Below, piece after piece: positions 1 through 11,705 of a stretch of DNA of 64,000 nucleotides. This DNA is from Callorhinchus milii (taxonomy: Eukaryota): NCBI RefSeq assembly GCF_018977255.1, contig NW_024704743.1:110176001-110240000 (forward strand), in the 5' to 3' direction. The notes below the pieces were generated by a model, which was given only the letters and a program-made list of their open reading frames with translations, made no database searches and was not told the origin of the DNA. Positions within the stretch are counted from its first letter, which is position 1, and every line of letters begins with the position of its first letter. A program made the translations under genes and the position numbers.

Positions 1-13
1 TTAGCTATTATTT

Positions 14-724
14 ACAACAACAACAACAACAAAGTGACATTTGTATACCGCCTTTTAAGTCAGGAGGATGTCCCAAGTGGACAGTCAGTGTTTCTGATCC
101 GAGTTGGGGGTTGGGATTGGGGAGGTTGGAGAGCAGGGGCTATCGAGGGTGATTTAAAGCACAGTTGAACAGGAGGATCTTCAGATGGGTCTTGAAGGAG
201 GCAAGGGAGGGGGCAAGGGGGAGGGATTGCGGGATGGAGTTCCAGAGGGTGGGGTCAAAGTGGCAGAAGGCCCGCCTGCCAATGGTGGGGTGGGCGAGGT
301 GGGGGACGTGAAGCAGGTGAAGCAGCTCACTGAGCAGAGGAAGCGGACAGGATGGTAGGGTGTTAAGAGGTTGCAGAGGTAGGGGGAAGTGAGGCCATGA
401 AGGTCTTTGAAGGTGAGGATCGGGATCTTGAACTGTATCCTCTGTGTGATGAGAAGCCAGTGGAGTCGGGCGAGATTGGGGGTGATGGAGCCATGGAGCC
501 TGGTGTGGAAGAGGACACGAGCTGCATGACCTGGATGACCTGCAGCCTGTGGAGGGAGGAGTTGGGGAGGCCGACAAGCAGGGAGTTTGCATATTCAAGC
601 CTGGATGTTATGAATGCGTGTATGAAGGTTTCGGCAGCCTGTGGTGTGAGACAATGGCAGAGTCGGGCAATGTTGGGGAGGTGGGCGAAGGCAGAATGGA
701 TCATGGCGCGGATGTGGGTTACCC
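14..724 (-). mobile_element. L2-clade LINE 3' fragment (ORF2 C-terminus, 3' end and (TTG)n tail)
   Basis: ORF 363..740 gives NIARL..CLTPQAAETFIHAFITSRLEYANSLLVGLP, typical of L2 ORF2 downstream of the RT domain. (AAC)n tail at 14-33 on the + strand. Confidence 0.9.
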
Positions 725-779
725 TGCCATAGCCCTTCAAAATTTATGAGCGTCACAATCTATGATTCTCGGATATAAA

Positions 780-1057
780 CTGTCCTTCGGAAGAAATGCT
801 AAACCAAGGTTCCGCTTGCCTGTTCTGGTGGACGTTAAAGATTTCATGGCACTACTCAAAAAGAGAAGGGACTTTCTCCTGGTGTCCAGGACAACAATAC
901 CTCAGAAAAAATTGGTCATTTCATGTCTGTTTGTGGGACATTGCTGTATGCAAATTGGCTGCTGCATTCACCTGGAGTGACTACACTTTACAGAATTATC
1001 TTGTTAAGCTTTCCAATGTCAAAGATGCTGTAAGAAATGCAAGGATTTCTGTTATAA
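780..1057 (+). mobile_element. DeuSINE-type (SacSINE1-like) SINE, 5'-truncated
   Basis: Contains GTGGACGTTAAAGAT..ATGGCAC, TGTTTGTGGGACATTGCTGT..CAAATTGGCTGC and an AAATGCAAGGATT end, shared with many copies in the window. Confidence 0.75.
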
Positions 1058-1506
1058 TCTTGAAAGTCTCAGTCAGGTCACCCCTTAACCTTCTCTGTTC
1101 CAATGAATATACTTTAATCTCATCTCTCATGCTTTATAATAATGTGTTTTTTTCTGCCTTCTTGAATTTACCAAAAGGATTTTGCAGATAACATCTGGGA
1201 ACTCAAAGCAACATAATCAATGTCTATCCACTGTCGTGCTCAGCTTATTGATTGCTGGCAGCTCATTCAGATAAATAACAATCAAAATCGCTATTTCAAA
1301 GAAATATGGAGTGTCTCTCCTGGTTATTTTGTCTTATATTCACCTCCTCATCCAAATTTATGCCCAAATTCTCACTAATTTTCAATTCACACCCTCACTC
1401 CTGCCTAACTGTAACCAACCTCTAGCCTCACTCATTTGCTCGTCCCTTCCACTCAGGAAACCAGCTGCACATCCAAGGTTTCAGCCAATATACCCCCTTA
1501 TACCCC

Positions 1507-2859
1507 TTGGATTTCTGTGCTGCCCACAGCACAGAAACAGCCATGGTCAAAGTGAAAAATTCTGTCCATCTGCGACCAGGGCTCCCTCTGCCTCCTCGTC
1601 CTCCTTGATCTCTCTGCTGCCTTTAACACTGTCGACCACTCTATCCTCATTCACTGCCTCTCCTCTCACCTCAATCTTCACAGCTCTGTCCTTGACTGGT
1701 TCAGATCATGCCTCTCACACCGCTTCCACTTTATCTCCACAAACGGTTTCTCCTCTAGCTCCCGGACCATCTCATGCGATGTTCCTCAGAGTTCTGTCCT
1801 TGGTCCCCTCCTCTTCAATATCTACATGCTCCCTCTTGGTGACATCATCTGCAGACATGGAGTCAACTTCCTCATGGATGCGGATGTCACTCAACTGTAC
1901 CTCTCTTCCTCCACTCTTGACTCCAGAACCACTGCTGTCCTGACAGAATGTCTGTCAGACATCAAGTCCTGGATGAGAGCTAATTTGCTTCAGTTGAATG
2001 TCAACAAAACCGAGACTCTCCTGATTGGCTCCCATCAGAGCCTCCTCACCTCAGGCGCTGACAACATCACCATCCATGGTTACACACTCCACCTTACTAA
2101 GCCAGTCCGGAACCTTGACATCTTGTTTGACCCTCAACTATCCTTTCTACCCCACATCTGCGCCATGACCCGCTCTGCCTTCCCCCACGTCCGCAACATT
2201 GCCCGGCTCCGCCACTGTCTCACACCGCAGGTCGTCGAAACCCACATACATGCTTTCATTACATCGAGGCTTGACTATGCAAACTCATTGTTTGTTGGCC
2301 TCCCCAACTCCTCCCTCCATAGGCTGCAGATCAACCAGAACTCTGCAGCCCACGTCCTCTCCCACTCTGGGCTTCACGATCCTATCACCCCTATCCTTGC
2401 CCAACTCCACTGGCTTCCCATCACATAGTTCAAAATCCTTGTACTCACCCTCAAAGCCCTCCATGGTCTTGCTCCCACCTCCCTCCGCGACCTCCTAAAC
2501 CTCTACCATCCTGCTCGCTCCCTAAGCTCAGCGAGCTCCGGCCTGCTTTTCATCCCCCAACTCACTCGTCCCACTATTAGTGGGTGGGCCTTTTGCCACT
2601 CTGCCCCCACCATCCGGAACTCCATCCCGCAGTCCCTCCGCCTTGCCCCCTCCCTTGCCTCCTTCAAGACCCATCTCAAGACCCTCCTCTTCGACCGTGC
2701 TTTTGATCGCAATACTTCCCCTCCCACTACCCTCCACCCTCCCTGACTCCAACCCCGAGCTCAGGTCCGAAACTCTGTCTGTCCAGAGCCTCGGGATGTC
2801 CTCCCGATGTGAAAGGCACCATACAAATGTAATTTTGTTGTTTTTGTTGTTGTTGTTGT
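1507..2859 (+). mobile_element. L2-clade LINE, RT domain to 3' tail, decayed
   Basis: HSTETA.VKV motif near 1525. ORF 1826..2428 has a degenerate catalytic motif FLMDADVTQLY (consensus FHMYADDTQLY), plus LQLN.NKTE, SRLDYANS and LHWLPI. Ends in (TTG)n at about 2835-2859. Confidence 0.93.
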
Positions 2860-3064
2860 CCTTTGGGACCCTCTCCCTTAACTCTATCTCTTTGCACCCT
2901 CCCTTCTCTATCAGTCTTCAAGAGCCACCTAAAGCCTACTTCTCAGTCCAAGCCTGCAGTCATCTTCCTTTCTCCACCACTCCCCCACCCCCATCCCGCT
3001 CAGGGTCCAGCACTGTCTCTGTGAAGCACTCTGAGACATTGCTCCATGTGAAGGGAGCTATACA

Positions 3065-3260
3065 ATTCCCTCCAAAAAAAACAATAATTTGGACACTCAA
3101 TCCATGACTGCTTGTGGGACATAGCTGTGCGCAATTGGCTGCCGCGTTTTGGCCACAAAATATAGTCAATTGACTTTACAGTATATTCTGTGAAGCACTT
3201 TGAGACGTCTCGATTATGTGATAAGGTGCCATATAAATGCAAGAACTATTATTATTATAA
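3065..3260 (+). mobile_element. tRNA-Ala-headed SINE, 3' half
   Basis: GCTGTGCGCAATTGGCTGCCGCGTTT core and (TTA)n tail, as in the full-length copies. Confidence 0.8.
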
Positions 3261-3528
3261 GTTTTTGTTGTTATTGGCTACTCCTTTGTTTGCAGAATGT
3301 TGCTATTTGCTGCTTGCATTGTAATATGTGATATTATTCACTTTCATTTCTACTCAATTCTATTTAGTAAAGCGTTTTGAAGTGCTTATCTTTATGTAAA
3401 GATAAATTCGGGAGTCCTGGGATATGTAGGACTGTAACTAATCCAAACTCACTCGAACCAAAGCTGCTGTGTATGTCCAAGTCTTTACTTATCAAGGAAA
3501 TAAACAGGTGGCAGGAGCCAAGCATTAT

Positions 3529-3859
3529 ATAATAATAATAATAATAATAATAATCCTTGCATTTGATATAGCACTTTTCACGTCGGGAAGACGTCCCAAA
3601 GCGCTTCACAGAACACATTGTAAAGTGAATTGACTGTACATTTGTGGGCGAACGCGGCAGCCAATTGCGCACAGCAATGTCCCACAAACAGTCATGGATT
3701 GAAAATGACCAATTTTATTATTATTTTTGGTTTGGGAGGGATTATTATTAGGCGTGTGGAGTAAGGAAACTTGCCCAAGGTTTCGCCCTGCCTGGAATTG
3801 AACTCAGGTCTCTCACTTGCAAAGCGAGTGCTCTAACCACTGAGCTACAGGACTCCACA
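3529..3859 (-). mobile_element. Full-length tRNA-Ala-derived SINE, short variant
   Basis: Minus-strand head GGAGTCCTGTAGCTCAGTGGTTAGAGCAC..GAGTTCAATTCC (Pol III A and B boxes), Deu-like core, L2-like 3' stem and (TTA)n tail. Confidence 0.9.
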
Positions 3860-4534
3860 AAATGGGGGGCAGGAGGACATGCCTATTATTCTAGAATTAA
3901 AATAGAATATGTGACTACAACAAAGAGCTTAGCAACCAGTGTTTGGTCACTGCATGTAAATGAAATTCCCAGTGAAACACCCTAAAACATTTCAACACTA
4001 CATATCTAATTCAAAGGAATATTATTTGTATCTGACTTTGACTGTTAAGCAAATAGATCAATTGATGAAATCTTCTGGATGTGCAATGCGCACAAATAAT
4101 TGCCTCTGCAGTCTCACTGAGCTCAATTGACTCTTTTTAATGCTTTCTTGTATTGGGTTAGCATTATATCAGCTCAGTCAAAAGGAAAAAACTTGCTTAC
4201 TGTAAAATTAAAGCATAAAGGATAATAAAAGTGTTTCATGAAAGAGGAAAGTGACTGATGCTAAAACATCAATAATCTGCCTTGTCTTATCTCTTCAGGT
4301 TGCTGAATAGTTTGTGGTGGTATTCTGTGTTATTATTCAGTGACCGAGAAAAGCAAAGGTGCTAAGCCTATTACATATTTATAGCTTTACGCCCTTGGTA
4401 TCTACATGGAAAAAAATGTGTGAATTACTCTGACACACATCATGATTAATGGAGGGTGAGACAAATTATGTCTTTTATGATAGGCGTGAGATAATCTTTC
4501 ATAAGCACAGAGGACAGAACACACATGCGTGTTA

Positions 4535-5180
4535 AACAATAATTGTTGCATTTGGTACAGCACTTTTCACGTCAGGAGGACATTTCGAAGTGCTTCACAT
4601 GATTTTCTATAAAGAGCACAGACCATGGTTGTAGGCGAACATTGCAGCCAATTTGCGCCCAGCAATGTCCCACCAACAGTGAATGACATTTTAACTCAGG
4701 AGATTGTTAGCCAGGACACTGGGAAAATCTCCTTTCTCTTTTTTAACAGTACTATGGGGTCTATAAGGTCCACCTGTACAGGCAGGTTACCTCAGTTTAA
4801 CATCTCATCCAAAGGATGACACCTCCAACAAAATAAAACTACCCCAGCACTGAACTGGAGTGTCAACCTTTCGAATGAGTTCAGAGTCCTGTCGGGGCTT
4901 TGAACTTCCAACCTTTTGATTCAGAGGCAAGGTCCCACCTGCCTGTTGTGGTGCAGACTAAAGATCCTGTGATTCTTATTGGAAAAGAGAGAAGAGTTTC
5001 CCCTGTTGTCCAGGCCAGTAGTCTTCTAGAGAATTTTTTTTCCCCCCTCAATGGTTCTTTGTTTGTGGACCTCACTGTGCAAATCAATTGCTGCAGTTTC
5101 CTACAAATAGTCACTCTACATTTGCCAGCAATCACCTGTGGAGCATGTTTTAAAGTTATAGGTGTTATATCAAACATAAA
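4535..5180. mobile_element. Two DeuSINE-type SINE fragments in opposite orientation (- 4535-4930, + 4925-5180)
   Basis: The same internal motifs as the 780-1057 copy occur on each strand. Confidence 0.7.
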
Positions 5181-5562
5181 GATTGGTACAATTTAACTTT
5201 CTCTCAGTAGTTTCTAAATGCTCAATTTATTCACATGGTGAAATGAACGAATGAACTTATTCAGGTAAATTTTTATGAGAAAATTTTGCTCATCTGTGAA
5301 TAGATATTGAAAGGAATAACAGGCCTTCAAATAAATCCTGACAGTTTATGGAAAGGTGTGAATGTGGTGGCTTAAATTGCAATTAGAACCAGTGATGCTT
5401 AGCTTTGCTCCAAAGGTTCTCTCTGATTTAATCAGCAGCCTTTCAAGTATGACATCTCAGGCATGAATATAAATCATTTTGGAGACTTTAACTATATTTT
5501 TAATCATTGCACTTGAGCAGGACACATTTTAACAGGCTAGTGGGTAGAAATTGCTGTAGACA

Positions 5563-5815
5563 AATAATAATAATCCTTGCATTTGATATAGTGCCTTATC
5601 ACATCTTCGAAACGTCTCAAAAAGCTTCACAGAATATATTGTAAAGTGGATTGACTGTATATTTTGTGGGCAAAACGCAGCAACCAATTGGACACGGCAA
5701 TGTCCCATGAACAATCGTGGATTGAGTGATCAGACTTTTTATTTAAATTTTTTTTTGGAGGGATTATTACCCCCGGAAAGTAATCTGTCAATCGACTAAC
5801 AAACGGGTTCCTACT
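5563..5815 (-). mobile_element. tRNA-Ala-headed SINE, long variant, head missing
   Basis: AATAATAATCCTTGCATTTGATATAG start, Deu-like core and part of the long-variant insert. Confidence 0.85.
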
Positions 5816-5817
5816 TT

Positions 5818-6095
5818 GATTGGCAAGAGCCAAGGCTTGGGATCCCAGAGTGTGCGTTGGGGTACTGCTGGAGTCTAACCAACTAAAACCACGTAGCTTG
5901 CCATTGATAGCATGGTTGAGCAAGCTTTCCTGCTGCTTGTCCACCTAGGACCATCCTACCCATTAGTGCTTTGGCTTGCAGGGTTAACAGGAGCTGAGTG
6001 GGAGGATTTCCTGCCCTTAGTGACTGGTCTGCTCTTCCAGGTCCTGCCAATGAGCCAGGCTGGTTGTGCTGTCATCAGCAGTGCCTTGGAAACAT
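5818..6095 (-). repeat. Unnamed ancient interspersed repeat (family E), middle part
   Basis: GGCTTGCAGGGTTAACAGGAGCT.AGTGGGA is shared with about 31376-31407 and, reverse-complemented, with about 46310-46345. Confidence 0.7.
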
Positions 6096-6126
6096 TGGCA
6101 AAAATTGGAAACTTGCAATGTTCCAT

Positions 6127-6340
6127 GCAACAACAATAACAAAATTATATTTGTATAGCTCCTTTCATTTCAGGAGGACATCCCAAGGGGCTGGACAGTC
6201 AGAGTTTCGGACCCGAGCTGGGGGTCGGGATGGGTGAGGGTGGAGGGCAGTGGGGGGAAGCAGTGTAGGAGAGGAGGGTCTTGAGATGGGTCTTGAAGGA
6301 GGCAAGGAAGGGGGTGAGGCGGAGGGACTATGGGATACAG
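6127..6340 (-). mobile_element. L2-clade LINE 3' end
   Basis: (AAC)n tail and TTGAGATGGGTCTTGAAGGAGGCAAGG (FKTHLK-encoding) segment. Confidence 0.85.
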
Positions 6341-7689
6341 ATTCGTTGGTAGAAATTGCAGTAGACAAACGTTGGAAAATGTTGATGCCACTCTATCTTT
6401 TTTTCTTCCGCCTTTTCAGTAGCACTCAGATATTTCGGGGGAGGTGCACATCTTCCCTGGAATCATCCAGCAAGTGGGAAGCAGTGTGTTAGACAGGGAA
6501 ATCTGGAGATGAAAGCAGAAATAGCTGAAAGAATGTTGTTAATTAATGGAACATGTTCACGGTTGTATTTGCTTTCCAAAACATCATGTTACTCCCTTCT
6601 AAATTAGCTTGTGCCCCAAAGATAACAGGCAGAAATTAACAATGATCTTACAGCAGTCTAAAACGATGCAATTCGCAAAGCAAGGTAATGCTGGCTTCTC
6701 GCTTACTCTTTGATGAGGGCCAATTAATCATATTACACTGATTTGCCATTTTTAACAAGGAAGGGTGGGGTGAGACCAACAGAATTTTGCTAGTATTTTG
6801 ATGCGTGTTGTGGTTTCTTACAAATTGTGTTGCCAATTTGACAAATGTTTGGAGAGTGATTTTGGGCCATCTGTATTGGCCTGGCTCAGTTGATTTGCGT
6901 CTTGTCACCGAGGCACTCTGAAGGTAGTGAATTTCACTCCCAGCATCCTGGCCAACAATCCTCTAGATAAATTGATCATTTGTTTCATTGCTGTTTGGGG
7001 GGATTTTGCTGTGCAAAATTGGCTGTTTCATTTCCCTACAATTACTGTCACTACACTTTATACATTAGCGTTTTGAAGCACTGTGATATCTGCCATGAAC
7101 TAATAAACTGGTGAACAAAGTCAATAGACTGAATGGCCTCCTGTTGTTCCTAATATAATGTATATGTTCCTAATTCTTGTTTTCTCTCTCTTTCTCTTGC
7201 ACTCTTTTTCCTTCTCGTTTTTTCTTCAATCAGTCAGCATAGACTTTGTCCTCCCTGGGCTCCCCATTCCCCAGCACAACCTTCTGAAATATCACCTTGT
7301 GCATGGCTCTTGGTTAGACATCATTCTGCACAAATTTGCTGCCACATTTGCCCATGAATTATCGGTCAATAAACTTGAGTGAAGCAAACCCTTTGGAAGC
7401 TCTTGGAGATGCTTTAGATGTTATTGGTGTTTTATCAAATACAAAAGGTTTTTAATAGGATGGGGGGGAGGACTGAGAGGATTCAGACATTCCATGGGGG
7501 CCCTGTGAGCCACAGTGGTAACATGTAATAAATAAAATTCTGAGGAATATAGATTGCTTAACCTAACATCAGACAGGGCTGAAAATGCTTGAGAGCATTT
7601 CAAGAGATTCCATCAATCTTCATTGAAAGGCCATTGGAAGAAGCCAGGGAGAATTGGGAAGGAATTGAATGTGCTTCACAATTGCGCCA

Positions 7690-7830
7690 GAATTATTTTC
7701 TTGAGGTAACAAAATTAATGGATGAGCACTATATGGCTTGATTGTGTTTGTCCTGGATTCTTAGAAAGAGTGTAATGAAATTGCCTGTCAAAGGCTTGCC
7801 AAAGGAACATGGAATTAAGATTCAAACGGA
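7690..7830 (+). mobile_element. Highly degenerate CR1-clade RT fragment
   Basis: Resembles the EVT..MDE...V.LDF.KAFDKVP..RL....HGI region of CR1 ORF2, with frameshifts. Confidence 0.4.
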
Positions 7831-8134
7831 GCTTGACAATGGAAAGCACGATGAAGTTGGTGATGAATGGAAAAATATTCTGTTATCTCATTTGATTTTA
7901 ATGAGATGTGTGCCGGAGATGCCACCTTTTGATGAGGGAATGAGTTTCCCCTTCATTTGTGCAGTGCTCCTGACAAAAGCGGAGGACGTTTAAAGCTGGG
8001 CAGAGTTGTGGGAAATTCGCTAAATTCAGACTCGATCTGGTAGTTTTTTTTCTGGAGTGTGTGTCCTAATGTGTCCAATTTGTTTGCAATTATCTCTTCA
8101 CTGGCATACGGCTCTCTGCTCCTGCTCTGCCCTC

Positions 8135-8460
8135 CTCTCACTGGGGTGAGGTTCCACAGCCTCTGGTTACCCTCTGGTATCCTGCCAACTGCCCATTGTT
8201 CATGTACAAGCCTTGGCGGTGACTTTCAGTAACTAATAGATGCCACAGCCAAGCTTGATCTCTCTCCACCTGGCTGCCACATGCGCATATCAGTAGGGGA
8301 CGCTAAAGAAGGTCTGGGAACAGAAATCCTGGCAGTTTTTCTCCTTCCTAACCCTGGAAATTTTGCCTCCTCACGGAACCCAATTTGAGACCAGAAAACT
8401 CAGCGCAGACCAGGATTCCAACCACCGAGCTCCTGCTCTGTAATCTGCATCTATATCCAT
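8135..8460 (-). mobile_element. AmnSINE2-like ancient tRNA-derived SINE (other copies about 12470-12650 + and 38775-38957 -)
   Basis: Three copies share GGGTTAGG(G/A)AGG.GAAAA..(A)GCCAGG.TTTC. The family name is from a remembered consensus and was not searched. Confidence 0.5.
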
Positions 8461-9171
8461 TACACCACCGTGGCTGTCCTTTACACAGTTCTTAAAGAAC
8501 AAGCTTCCAAATCCATTCACATCTTGAGATTTGCTTGCTGGTCACCCTGTGCTCGCTGGGCTCCATGGGCTGCCAGATAATCGACTTCATCCTCACCCAG
8601 AATTCCCTAGAGGTAAGCAGATGTCTCCCAGCCTCTGTGACCTTCTCCAGTTTGACTCTCCAGCTCACCCCCTCTGACCAGCCTGCTGAGCATTCATCAC
8701 ACTTTTGTCCCAAGCCATCAGCAACCAGGCCCACCTACTGAACCTCCCTTCTTCAAGCCCTCCATCTCTCTTTTTCTATTACTGACCATGAATATTCCTC
8801 TGCATCCAGTCTCAGAGTTAACTGAGATTATGCTTCAGGTACCTTTTGATCTTTATGGTTTATTTGTTCCATTTAAATGTGTGAATGCTTACATTTCTGC
8901 TCTGGGCGTTTAGCCTTCTGGTTGGAGTCTTGTTACAGAGAGAGAGCTAAATGCACACTACTTGCTCGATGGAGTGTCAGAATGATCAATTGCCCTATAT
9001 TTGTAACAACAAGACGTGGGGTAGCATCCCAGAGCGCTTCACCAGGTAAAAATAAAACCCACTTTTACCCAGACATGCTTCTAGCCACCCATCAATTCCT
9101 TATGAAAACACCAGAGACCTGCAATTCCATCTCATTGCGATTTTTGTCTTAAAAGAAGCTTATGGGATTTC

Positions 9172-9493
9172 AATAATAATAATAATCCTTGCATTTGATA
9201 TAGCGCTTTTCACATCGGGAGGACGTCCCAAAGCGCTTCACAGAACACACTGTAAAGTGAATTGACTGTATATTTGTGGGTGAACGCAGCAGCCAATTGC
9301 GCACAGCAATGTCCCACAAACAGTCGTAGATTGAAAATGACCAATTTTATTATTGTTTTTGGTTTTGGAGGGATTATTATTAGGCTCTGTGTGGAGTAAG
9401 GAAACTTGCCCAAGGTTTCGCCCTGCCTGGAATTGAACTCAGGTCTCTCGCTTGCAAAGCGAGTGCTCTGACCACTGAGTTACAGGACTCCAC
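9172..9493 (-). mobile_element. Full-length tRNA-Ala-derived SINE, short variant
   Basis: Nearly identical to 3529-3859. The head contains CGCTTTGCAAGCG (TGC anticodon-like loop). Confidence 0.9.
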
Positions 9494-9598
9494 AAGTCCC
9501 AGTCGAGGCTGACACTCCAGTGCAGTTTGGAAAGAGAAGGGAGTTTCTCTCTATATCCTAGCCAACAGGATACAGACCTGTATCTGGCCCAGATATTA

Positions 9599-9660
9599 CA
9601 TTGGCGTATTCACTTCAGGTGACGTCAGTGGTGACGTCATCTGAAGTGAATAAGCCAATG
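9599..9660. repeat. 62-bp near-perfect palindrome with two CRE sites and two CCAAT boxes
   Basis: 29-nt arms with 27 Watson-Crick pairs and a GTGG loop. TGACGTCA at 9620-9627 and 9632-9639. Confidence 0.9.
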
Positions 9661-10077
9661 ACCTTGCCTGGGTTATTTTATCTTGCCTCCTTTTAGGTCT
9701 GTGTGTGTGCAGCACACAAGGTCCGTAGGTGAGTCCGTCAACAGCACAATACAATATCTTCTGCAAACAGAAGCACGCAATTCTATCAGAAATACCTGGA
9801 ACTTGGTTTATGCCTGGAACAGGAACACCAAGTCTGTCCCTCTCAACAACAGCAGTTTTACATTTATATGGCACCTTTCACATCAGGAGGATGTCTCAAA
9901 GCACTTTACTAAGTGAACTGAGAACCAGAGCTGGGGATGGGGGGAAGCGATAATTTTCTCGGTGGTTAGGCTCAGCGAGTCCACCGTCAATCCTTACACT
10001 CAGAGCTGGAACACACATTCTGAATAAAACCCCTAAATTTACCAATTTATTCCAATAGTTTCCAGCTTTTTCATGAT

Positions 10078-10456
10078 AATATTAATAATTCTTGCATTTG
10101 ATATAACAACATTATCATGTCGTTGAGATGTCTCAAAGAGTTTCACAGCATATCCTGTAAAGTGAATCGACTGTATATTTTGTGGGCGTAACGCTGCAGC
10201 CAATTGTGCACAGCAGTGTCCCACAAACAGTGGTGGATTGACTGACCAGTTTATGATTGTTATGTTTTTTGAAGGGATTATTAACTTCGGAAAAGTGATC
10301 CGCCAATCGATTAACAACCTGGTTTCTACTTACTGGTAGGTAAACAGAGGAGTATGGAGTAAGAAACTTGCCTAAAGTTTCGTCCTGTCTGTGAACCAAC
10401 ACAGGTCCCTCCCACTTGCGAGGCGAGTGCTCTCACCAATACACTACAAGACTCCA
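10078..10456 (-). mobile_element. Full-length tRNA-Ala-derived SINE, long variant
   Basis: Head, internal CTCTGTTTACCTA.CAGTAAGTAG insert, Deu-like core and TTA tail. Confidence 0.85.
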
Positions 10457-10567
10457 AGCAGGTGACTCAGCTTACTACATGTGGTTTGATGGTTTGCTTG
10501 TTTCTATTGTCTAAGCAGAATTTATGTAACTCTAGGCTGTCCTCTGGAGAGGTACGTGAGAGCCTCA

Positions 10568-10723
10568 GCAGAATATGTTAAAACAGTAATTGAACATTTA
10601 TCCCATAAGCCTCTTTTTGCTAAAAATGAACTCTTTCTAGCATGATGTCTGGGTGAGGTTGTAAGCCTTGCAGAAATCTTTTGAAAAATAAATGTTGGTG
10701 GGTACTGTTTTAACATATTCTGC
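10568..10723. repeat. Inverted repeat: perfect 21-bp outer stem plus 9-bp inner stem
   Basis: GCAGAATATGTTAAAACAGTA (10568-10588) pairs with TACTGTTTTAACATATTCTGC (10703-10723). AACATTTAT/ATAAATGTT lies inside. Confidence 0.9.
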
Positions 10724-11097
10724 CATATCTTCAGCACCTTGGGATGTCCTCCTGACGTGAAAGGCGCTATACAAGTGTAATTTTGTTGTTGTTGTTATCC
10801 CCCCCACACACACACCTATGTCTTGTGACGTTCCGTGATCTAATACAAAGCCACAACGTATTCTACATGCACAGCTCATGAGAGTGGACCACAGCCAGCC
10901 CCTTCCTCACCAGGTTTGTGCAGCACTTTTCCTTGTTAAGGATAGCTTCTCAAAACCCGTCAGGGTTCCTGTCAGGGTGCGAGTCGACTCTGCTTTCCAT
11001 TGCCCGCTGCCATCTCGATTTCAAAAGACTAGAATCACTCAAAACAAATGGGAGACAAAGCCAGTGGGTAAGAAACATTTTAAAAGGACCCCAGTAG

Positions 11098-11705
11098 CAC
11101 TGTTCCTCTAAGCTGCGCGCGTGCTCGACCAACAACGGGCAGCATCAGCCAACCATGGAGCCAGCGCTAAGAGGAAATGCTGTCTCACATTCAAAGAACA
11201 GGGGCTAAATGAAATTGTAGAGGCAGAATCTCATGAATCAAGAAGCAAGATCCGTGTACAACCGAGGGAGATATTCCAATGTAGTGCATGCAGATGTGGG
11301 CTTGATCTGCAAAATGTGTGCTGGAGCAAAAATATCAGGTGATTTCTCTCCTGGTAAGAAATGGGAAGATGGATGGAAGTTACACTATACAAAGAGGCAG
11401 TTATCAAGCAAATCACATGAATCTATTCTGGTTGTTCTCAGAAACAGAAATTCTCGCCCAGTTTATTTCTGAAATTTCTATAACCAGTTTTGTTAAATTT
11501 AAAAATTTGACAGCTCGCCTTGTTACAATTATCCATTATTTTGAACATTTGTTCTGTTTGTTATATGCCCTGAATAATGTTTTCTAAAAAGATGTTACGT
11601 TCAAAGTTTTGATCTTTTTTTTACGGTGGCGCACATAGCCTTTATATCGGTGCACACGCCCAAATTTATTCCGCGCATGCCTGAAAAAAATTAGGGGGAA
11701 CATAG
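11098..11705 (+). mobile_element. Internally deleted hAT DNA transposon (Tip100/Arthur-like)
   Basis: Perfect 8-bp TSD CCCAGTAG (11090-11097 and 11706-11713). Imperfect TIRs CACTGTTCCTCTAA and TTAGGGGGAACATAG. Internal transposase relic. Confidence 0.88.
11155..11452 (+). pseudogene. Frameshifted N-terminal relic of a hAT transposase (TTF-type zinc-finger-like)
   Basis: ORFs 11121 and 11233 join to give AKRK..TFKEQGLNEIVEAE..EIF / VGLICKMCAGAKISGDFSPGKKWEDGWKLHYTKRQLSSKSH (CxxC..W..WKL..KR..SKSH). It lies inside the TIR/TSD-bounded element. Confidence 0.7.
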
